A stretch of DNA of 63,660 nucleotides, filler included, from Myxococcota bacterium (GTDB lineage Bacteria; Myxococcota; Myxococcia; Myxococcales; Myxococcaceae), in the NCBI GenBank assembly GCA_049322255.1. It is 3 parts of 3 records of this genome, joined end to end, with 100 filler letters (N's around TTAATTAATTAA, not from the genome) between each part and the next. Parts side by side here need not be neighbours in the genome. Positions count along the whole stretch, not along the records: positions 43,907 to 63,660 come from JBMORE010000078.1; 2 more parts are not named here. The stretch is one strand, 5' to 3'. Positions 57,601 through 63,660 of this stretch are shown here, piece after piece. The translations under genes were made by a program, and so were the position numbers. Numbering within the stretch: the first letter of the stretch is position 1; every line of letters begins with the position of its first letter. Below the pieces are notes generated by a model that was given only the letters and a program-made list of their open reading frames with translations, did no database searches and was not told where the DNA came from.

Positions 57601-59904
57601 ATGAGTGCCAGCCCCCGCCGACCCAACTTCCTCGCAGAGATCATCGAGGCCGACCTCGCCGCAGGCCGCAACGAGGGGAAAGTGGTGACCCGCTTCCCGC
57701 CCGAACCGAACGGCTTTCTGCACATCGGCCACGCCAAGTCGATCATCCTCAACTTCGGGCTCGCCCAGCAGTTCAGCGGGCGGACGCACCTGCGCTTCGA
57801 CGACACCAACCCCACCACCGAGGACGTCACCTACGTCAACTCCATTCAGGAGGACGTGCGCTGGCTGGGCTACGACTGGGGCGAGCACCTCTACTACGCG
57901 TCGGATTTCTTCGAGCAGATGTACCAGTGCGCCGAGCGCCTCATCCACGAGGGTAAGGCCTACGTCGACAGCCAGTCGGTGGAGGCGATTCGCGAGCAGC
58001 GGGGCAGCTTCGAGCGGCCGGGCACCCACAGCCCCCACCGCAACCGCAGCGTGGAGGAGAACCTCGACCTCTTCCGCCGCATGCGCAAAGGAGAGTTCCC
58101 CGACGGCGCCTGCGTGCTGCGCGCGAAGATCGACATGGCGCACCCCAACGTGCTCTTGCGCGACCCGCTGCTCTACCGCATTCGCCACGCGCACCACCAC
58201 CGCACCGGGGACAAGTGGTGCATCTACCCGATGTACGACTACGCCCACCCGCTCGAAGACGCGTTCGAGGGGGTGACCCACTCCATCTGCACCCTGGAAT
58301 TCGAGAGCAACCGCGAGCTCTACGACTGGACGCTGGACAACCTAGGTCCCTGGAACCCTCGACCGCGCCAGTACGAGTTCGCGCGGCTGGCGCTGGGCTA
58401 CACGGTGATGTCCAAGCGCAAGCTGCTCCAGCTGGTGAACGAGAAGCACGTCTGGGGGTGGGACGACCCACGCATGCCCACCATCGCCGGCATGCGCCGC
58501 CGCGGCGTCACCCCCGAGGCGCTGCGCGACTTCGCCGAGCTCATCGGGGTGGCCAAGCACAACAGCCTGGTGGACATCGGCAAGCTGGAGTTCGCCCTGC
58601 GCAGCGACTTGGAGAAGCGCACGCGGCGCGCCCTGGTGGTGCTCGACCCTCTACGGGTGGTGCTCACCCACTGGCCCAAGGACAAGATCGAAGAGCTCGA
58701 GCTGCCCTGGTGGCCGGGCGAGCCGCAGAAGGCGGGGAGCCGTCGCGTGCCTTTCGGCGGGGAGCTCTTCATCGAAAAGGAAGACTTCTCCGAGGCCCCG
58801 CCCACGGGCTGGAAGCGGCTGGCGCCCGGGCGGGAGGTGCGCCTCTTGGGCGCCTACGTCATCAAGTGCGAAGAGGTGGTGCGCGGACCCGGGGGAGAAA
58901 TCGTCGAGCTGCGCTGCTCCTACGACCCGGCCTCCACGGGAGGCAACCCCGCCGACGGGCGCAAGGTGGAGGGCACGCTGCACTGGGTGCACGCGACGCG
59001 GTCGAAACCGGCACAGGTGCGGCTTTTCGACCGGCTGTTCACGGTGGAGCAGCCGGACGCGCAAGGCGATTTCCTCCAGCACTTGAACCCTGACTCGCTG
59101 GTCAAGGCGCTCGGCGCGCGCATCGAGCCGGCGCTGGCGGAGGCCCACGGCGGAGAGCGCTTTCAGTTCCTGCGCCAGGGTTTCTTCTACGTCGACCCGG
59201 TCGACTCCACCCCTGGCGCCCCGGTGTTCAACCGCACCATCACCTTGAGGGACACCTGGGCGAAGCCCGCGGAGAAGGTCGAGGAGCGCCGCGCCCCCAA
59301 AGCGAAGGAAGCCACGCCCTCGGCGCCGAAGAAGGGCCGCACCGAGGCGCGCGATGCGTTGCGAGCCGCCACCCCGGCGCTGGCCGAGCGTTACGAGCGC
59401 TATCAAAAGCAGCTCGGGCTGACGGAGGAGGAGGCCGACGTGCTCACCAAAAGCATGGCCGAGGCCGAATTCTTCGACGCGGCGGTGAAAGCGCACCCTG
59501 CGCCCAAGTCGGTGGCGAAGTGGTTGCTCAACGACCTGCTCGCGCTGGTGGACGGTTTCGATGGCCTTCAGCTCTCGGGATCCGCCTTCGGCCGCTTCGT
59601 GGCCCTCGCCGACGCCGGCAAGGTGACGCCCGCTGCGGGCAAGACGTTGCTCGCGGCGCTGGTGGCGCGCGGAGGCGATCCGGAGGCGCTGCTTTCCGAG
59701 CTGGGGCTTGCGAAGGTCGACGACCGCAGCGCGATTCTTTCGGCGGTGGAGAAGGTGCTGGGAGCGCAAGCGGCCGAAGTGAAGCGCTACCGCGCGGGGG
59801 AGAAGAAGCTCTTCGGCGTGCTCATGGGCGCGGTGATGCGCGAGACGAAGGGCGCCGCCGACGCGGCCGCGGTGAAAAAGGCGCTGAGCGAGCGATTGGA
59901 TTAG
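57601..59904 (+). CDS. glnS: Glutamine--tRNA ligase with C-terminal GatB/Yqey domain
   Basis: TRFPPEPNGFLHIGH, MSKRKL, FQFLRQG; C-terminal VAKWLLN...YRAGEKKLFGVLMGAVMRETKG. Confidence 0.96.
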   Translation: MSASPRRPNFLAEIIEADLAAGRNEGKVVTRFPPEPNGFLHIGHAKSIILNFGLAQQFSGRTHLRFDDTNPTTEDVTYVNSIQEDVRWLGYDWGEHLYYASDFFEQMYQCAERLIHEGKAYVDSQSVEAIREQRGSFERPGTHSPHRNRSVEENLDLFRRMRKGEFPDGACVLRAKIDMAHPNVLLRDPLLYRIRHAHHHRTGDKWCIYPMYDYAHPLEDAFEGVTHSICTLEFESNRELYDWTLDNLGPWNPRPRQYEFARLALGYTVMSKRKLLQLVNEKHVWGWDDPRMPTIAGMRRRGVTPEALRDFAELIGVAKHNSLVDIGKLEFALRSDLEKRTRRALVVLDPLRVVLTHWPKDKIEELELPWWPGEPQKAGSRRVPFGGELFIEKEDFSEAPPTGWKRLAPGREVRLLGAYVIKCEEVVRGPGGEIVELRCSYDPASTGGNPADGRKVEGTLHWVHATRSKPAQVRLFDRLFTVEQPDAQGDFLQHLNPDSLVKALGARIEPALAEAHGGERFQFLRQGFFYVDPVDSTPGAPVFNRTITLRDTWAKPAEKVEERRAPKAKEATPSAPKKGRTEARDALRAATPALAERYERYQKQLGLTEEEADVLTKSMAEAEFFDAAVKAHPAPKSVAKWLLNDLLALVDGFDGLQLSGSAFGRFVALADAGKVTPAAGKTLLAALVARGGDPEALLSELGLAKVDDRSAILSAVEKVLGAQAAEVKRYRAGEKKLFGVLMGAVMRETKGAADAAAVKKALSERLD

Positions 59905-59919
59905 CCAAGGAGAAACCGG

Positions 59920-60510
59920 ATGCCCAAGCGCGTAGAGGAGAAGCAAAAGCCGATGTTGGAGGCCCCAGGGCCGAAACAGGCGCCTCCCCCGCCCTCCTTC
60001 GAGCGCGACAGCTTCGGCGGCGAGGAGCACCGTAACTTCCCGAGGGCCAAAATCGCGGTGCGTTTCGAGCTTCGCATCGGCGACGAGCCCGACCTGCGCT
60101 TTCAGGCCACCCTCATGTCCGAGAATCTGTCGGTGAGCGGCGTGTTCTTGAACAGCAGCTTCTACTTGCCCTTGGGCACCGAGGTGAGGGTGAGCTTCAC
60201 GCTGGGCGAGGAGGAGCCCGTGGAAGCGCGGGCCACCATCGTCCGCGAGGAGCGTCTCGACCGCCAAGGGCGTGGCCGCAGCGGCTTTGCCTTGCGCTTC
60301 ACCGAGTTCTACTCCCAGACGGAAGTCACCCTGGCGCGGCTGTTCCTCGGCCAGCAGCTCACCCAGTTCGCGCAGACCTACCTCGAGTCGAAGCGGGCGA
60401 AGTCCTTGCGCAACGAGTTCGACCGGGTGGTCGATGCGCTGGCCGCCTGGGAGCTGATGAAGGTCACCTCGGCCGGCGATTTGTGGGGCCTGCAGCGCGA
60501 GAAGGACTGA
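59920..60510 (+). CDS. PilZ-domain protein (TIGR02266-like)
   Basis: RNFPR (RxxxR) and NLSVSG motifs. Confidence 0.85.
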   Translation: MPKRVEEKQKPMLEAPGPKQAPPPPSFERDSFGGEEHRNFPRAKIAVRFELRIGDEPDLRFQATLMSENLSVSGVFLNSSFYLPLGTEVRVSFTLGEEEPVEARATIVREERLDRQGRGRSGFALRFTEFYSQTEVTLARLFLGQQLTQFAQTYLESKRAKSLRNEFDRVVDALAAWELMKVTSAGDLWGLQREKD

Positions 60511-60522
60511 AGCACTCCCGCA

Positions 60523-61428
60523 ATGTCCGAAAGGTCGCCGCTGCTCGATACAGTGAAGGCCGAGACGCTCCCGCGCGTCGCCGCGAGCAAGCGGGTGGGC
60601 ACGTTGGTGGTCATCGAAGGCTCGGAAGCCGACTTGGGGCTCTGCGTGGCGATCGACGGCCAGGTGACGTTGGGGCGCGATTTCGCCGCCGAGCTGCCCT
60701 TGACCGACTCGGGCATCTCGCGGCGGCACGCCCAGGTGCGTGCGGTGGAAGGCCGAGGCGAGCGGCGCTCCTACGAGGTGCGCGACCTCGACTCCACCAA
60801 CGGTACCCGCCTCAATGGGAAGAAAGTGTCGAAGGCGAAGAAGCTTGCCGACGGGGACAAGATTTTCCTTGGCCGGACGGTGGTGCGCTTCACCTTGGCC
60901 GACGAGCTGGAGGCGCAGTACCACGCGCGGCTGGGCGGGCTGCTCGCGGTGGACGATTTGACCGGGCTCATCACCAAGCGCCGCTTCGACGCCGCCTTCG
61001 CCGAGGCGCTCGCCGCCGCCCGCGCCCAGGGCCGCGCGCTGGGAGTGCTGATGATGGACTTGGACGACCTGAAACAAATCAACGACCGCCACGGGCACGC
61101 GGTGGGCGCCCACACCATCTCGCAGGTGGGCCGGGTGCTGGGCCAGGTGCTCTCGCCCCGGGGACTGGTGACCCGTTTCGGCGGAGACGAGTTCTTCGCC
61201 TATCTGCCCGGGTGCGACCGCCGCGCGACGCAAGCGACCGCCGAGAAGGTGCGCGAGACGCTGCGGAAGACGCCCATCGAGAAGGACGGGGTGCGCCTGG
61301 TGGCGACGATGAGCATCGGGGTCGCGGTGCTGCCCGAGGACGGAGAGACGACCGAGGCGCTCTTTTCCGCCGCCGACCGGGCGCTCTACCGCGTCAAGCG
61401 CGCCGGCAAGGACGGGGTGGAGGGCTGA
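60523..61428 (+). CDS. FHA-GGDEF diguanylate cyclase
   Basis: LGR, SRRHA, DLDSTNGT (FHA); DDLTGL, INDRHGH, RFGGDEF. Confidence 0.93.
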   Translation: MSERSPLLDTVKAETLPRVAASKRVGTLVVIEGSEADLGLCVAIDGQVTLGRDFAAELPLTDSGISRRHAQVRAVEGRGERRSYEVRDLDSTNGTRLNGKKVSKAKKLADGDKIFLGRTVVRFTLADELEAQYHARLGGLLAVDDLTGLITKRRFDAAFAEALAAARAQGRALGVLMMDLDDLKQINDRHGHAVGAHTISQVGRVLGQVLSPRGLVTRFGGDEFFAYLPGCDRRATQATAEKVRETLRKTPIEKDGVRLVATMSIGVAVLPEDGETTEALFSAADRALYRVKRAGKDGVEG

Positions 61429-61570
61429 CCCCCTCGTTTGGCAAGTCGGCCCCGTGTACGCGCGGCGCATCTAGATGAGCCCTTGGGAGTACGCGCTGAC
61501 GTTCCTGGCGGTGGGCGCGCTCGCGAAAGGTACCCGGTCGATATGCTACTGCCTACGGTTCAGCCGGTCG

Positions 61571-61807
61571 TCAGTCGCCGCGCGAACGCACCAGCTTCGT
61601 CCTGTAAATCCCGCTTCTATCGCCCCAATACAGCCACTCTCCGGCGACCACCACGTGGTCCGGGTTGGTGAAGCCTAAATCGATGATCTGCTCGGTCGGG
61701 TCTGCGGCGATCAACACCTTCGAGATGCGCCCTGTATTCGGCCAGCCCAGGTCGTCGCCGTAGAAGGCTACATGGGCATCGGCCCCCTCGATCACCATCG
61801 ACTGCAC
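61571..61807 (-). pseudogene. Probable C-terminal remnant of a beta-propeller protein
   Basis: PDHVVVAGEWLYWGDRSGIYRT resembles a final propeller blade; in-frame TAA just upstream; no RBS. Confidence 0.4.
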
Positions 61808-61845
61808 GCCTTACAAAATCGGACCGGTCTCGGACCCAGGACTGC

Positions 61846-62052
61846 TTGTCCGAAAATCCGCGAGACCGAGCTTCCACCCGACAACATCGGCTCAAGGGCG
61901 AGCTCGCCACGCGGGAGCTCAAGGGCACCATGCTCGAGCAGTGGCAGTATGAGGTGACCGGGGCAGGTCGCGCTTGGTACTGCGTCGATGACAAGCACCA
62001 TCGAGTGCTGCTCACCTTGGCGACCACCGGGCACCCGAAATCCACCGAATAG
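61846..62052 (+). pseudogene. 5'-truncated RelE/ParE-like toxin remnant
   Basis: RQHRLKGELA...EQWQYEVTGAGRAWYCVD...GHPKSTE; no RBS, N-terminus or antitoxin seen. Confidence 0.6.
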
Positions 62053-62208
62053 AATCAGTCTCTTCTGCTTAGCTCGGCGAGCAGCTCGCGCAGCACGACG
62101 TCGAATCGCTCGGCGTCCGTCATTCAGACACTGTCAGAAGGGGGAGGCGCTCGGACCGTCGCTATCTGCCTGTTCGCGCCCGCGGGGCCCGTCGGTGGCC
62201 TGCTCGGG

Positions 62209-63573
62209 CTACGGGTCGAGCCCCAACTCCTTCCGAATTCTCCCGTAGTCGTACCGCTCCTCCTTCGGAAGGCGCGCCTCCCGGTTCTCCATATCCCGAA
62301 GGAGCAGGTCGAGCTTCCTCTGCGAGCCTGGTTTTTTTTTTGCCTGCCGCGGGGTGAGCCCGTCGAGGGCAGGAATCTCATCGTCCAACCACTGGGCCAT
62401 ATGCTTCTCCTTGAAGTCCCGGAGCACGGCCTTGACCTCTGGCGGCTGCTCTTCTTCTCGAGCAGGTGGCCGGTCCTTCGCCGACTTCAGCATCGACTCC
62501 ATGTCGGCGTGGTCGCGGACCCGGTGACGCAGGAGAGCACCCAGCCCGGCTTCGACCCTTGTTCGAAGAGTATCCGCCCTCTTCACCGAGTTCGTCTCGA
62601 TCTTCAGCCGGCTCCCTCCCACCAGTACCCGTCCAACGATCGTGTTGTCCCATGCCTTGATCTTCGCGTTGCCCAGCCGGGTGAAGGTCACTTCGGCCTC
62701 GCCGTCCTCGTCGAGGGCCTCCTGCGCCCCTTCTAGCTCTTGTAGCTGCGCGACGATCGCCATGCGGTTGGCGGCGTCGAACTCGAAATGGTCGGTCGTC
62801 ATCAGGAGTGGGTCGCCGTCTGTGTTCGCCAGCTGGGGGAAGGGCATCGGCTTGTCCATCTCCTCGATGCGCAGGTGCCAGAAGTCAATCAGCTCATGCA
62901 GGACCTCCACGTCCCGTAGCTTCTCGCGGGCCACGGCCCGAGTTCGTACACCGCAGATTCTTCGCCCCGCGCGAACCACGTGGTCGGCCTCACCGGGAGG
63001 GAGGTACCGGGGATGCGTTCCACAGAACGTCGAGACACCTCCCTGCTCCACGACGCGTCCGAGCACGCAGTCCCTAGGCTTGAGCACCTTCGAGCCCTTC
63101 ACCTCGTGGACGAACCGCTCCTCGTGCGTCAGCAAATCCTTCACGCCGACGCCGGTGCCCTCCTCGACCCTCTGCACTTCCCAGACGGAGAGCCAGGCGC
63201 GGTCCTGCGCGTCGAGCCATGCGCTTAGGTCGGCCGACAGGCGGTGGCCGCGCTCTTCGCGGAACAACTGGGCGACGGTCTTGCCCCCATTGTCGTAGTG
63301 GTAGACGGCCCAGGGGACGAGGAGCTGGACCTCGTAGTCGCTCTCCTCGAAGTCGGCGTAGTACTCGTTGGAGACGTCGCTCAACCAGCCCGGGCCGAAC
63401 CGCTTCCGCGCGAAGCGTAAGAGCTCCGCGACGAGCTTCTGGTCGGCATCGTGGAGCGCGAGCGCCTTTCGTGTCTCGACCGGCAGCTCGACAACCGCGC
63501 CCCCGCCGCAGCACTTCTTGAACTTCTTTCCGCTGCCGCAAGGGCAGGGATCATTCCGACCAACCTCGGCCAT
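62209..63573 (-). CDS. SEC-C motif protein with C-terminal MbcA/ParS-like domain
   Basis: VGRNDPCPCGSGKKFKKCC; WLDDEIPALDGLTPRQA; GAGG RBS. Confidence 0.88.
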   Translation of the reverse strand: MAEVGRNDPCPCGSGKKFKKCCGGGAVVELPVETRKALALHDADQKLVAELLRFARKRFGPGWLSDVSNEYYADFEESDYEVQLLVPWAVYHYDNGGKTVAQLFREERGHRLSADLSAWLDAQDRAWLSVWEVQRVEEGTGVGVKDLLTHEERFVHEVKGSKVLKPRDCVLGRVVEQGGVSTFCGTHPRYLPPGEADHVVRAGRRICGVRTRAVAREKLRDVEVLHELIDFWHLRIEEMDKPMPFPQLANTDGDPLLMTTDHFEFDAANRMAIVAQLQELEGAQEALDEDGEAEVTFTRLGNAKIKAWDNTIVGRVLVGGSRLKIETNSVKRADTLRTRVEAGLGALLRHRVRDHADMESMLKSAKDRPPAREEEQPPEVKAVLRDFKEKHMAQWLDDEIPALDGLTPRQAKKKPGSQRKLDLLLRDMENREARLPKEERYDYGRIRKELGLDP

Positions 63574-63600
63574 GGCTCACCTCATGCGCCCAAGTACGAA

Positions 63601-63633
63601 GGCCCGAGCTCCCAACCATTGGAAACTCGGGCC
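63601..63633 (-). terminator. 15-bp hairpin just 3' of the tRNA end
   Basis: Minus strand GGCCCGAGTTTCCAA-TGG-TTGGGAGCTCGGGCC followed by TTCGT. Confidence 0.7.
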
Positions 63634-63640
63634 ATTTGAG

Positions 63641-63660
63641 AGCGGGAAAAGGGATTTGAA
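63641..63660 (-). tRNA. 3' end of a tRNA, probably tRNA-Gly (cut by the window edge; could be an att duplicate)
   Basis: Reverse complement TTCAAATCCCTTTTCCCGCT = T loop/stem + acceptor 3' strand matching the GCGGGA-type Gly acceptor stem with U discriminator. Confidence 0.75.

Noticed and set aside
62056..62123. Minus-strand MTDAERFDVVLRELL..., reminiscent of an IS1595 transposase C-terminus
   Set aside because: Only about 22 codons, with no catalytic region or terminal repeats; too weak to call.

Overview
GC-rich bacterial DNA, most likely Myxococcota (MYXO-CTERM-like tail, TIGR02266-like PilZ, DUF4388/MshEN proteins). The window is three contigs joined by artificial N-TTAATTAATTAA-N linkers (21881-21980, 43807-43906), so gene order across the linkers is meaningless. 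Contig 1: partial TPP enzyme, tRNA-Leu(GAG), gap-pgk-tpiA-secG, amidase, YhaM-like HD protein, MshEN/HD-GYP-like protein, holA-metG-tatD. Contig 2: YyaL, PepF, a decayed nucleotidyltransferase toxin-antitoxin-like pair, a Ddl-like/GNAT/transglutaminase/GT39 operon, trigger-factor-like/HD/NUDIX-MBL operon, FTR1, tandem ThyX, PuuD-like, pduO-queG-chrA. Contig 3: Rrf2-sufBCD, an accessory stretch (Cys-rich lipoprotein, putative clan-CD protease, USP, VapBC), tandem SGNH + MBOAT, orn-glnS-PilZ-GGDEF, and a decayed islet next to a tRNA-Gly 3' end. The best candidate for an undescribed system is a 74-aa basic peptide with four GGGK repeats (52551-52775) encoded 3 nt upstream of a NadE-like ATP-pyrophosphatase whose NaAD-binding motifs are altered (51588-52547): a possible RiPP or lysine-modification pair. 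All family calls come from motif recognition by eye; no searches were run.
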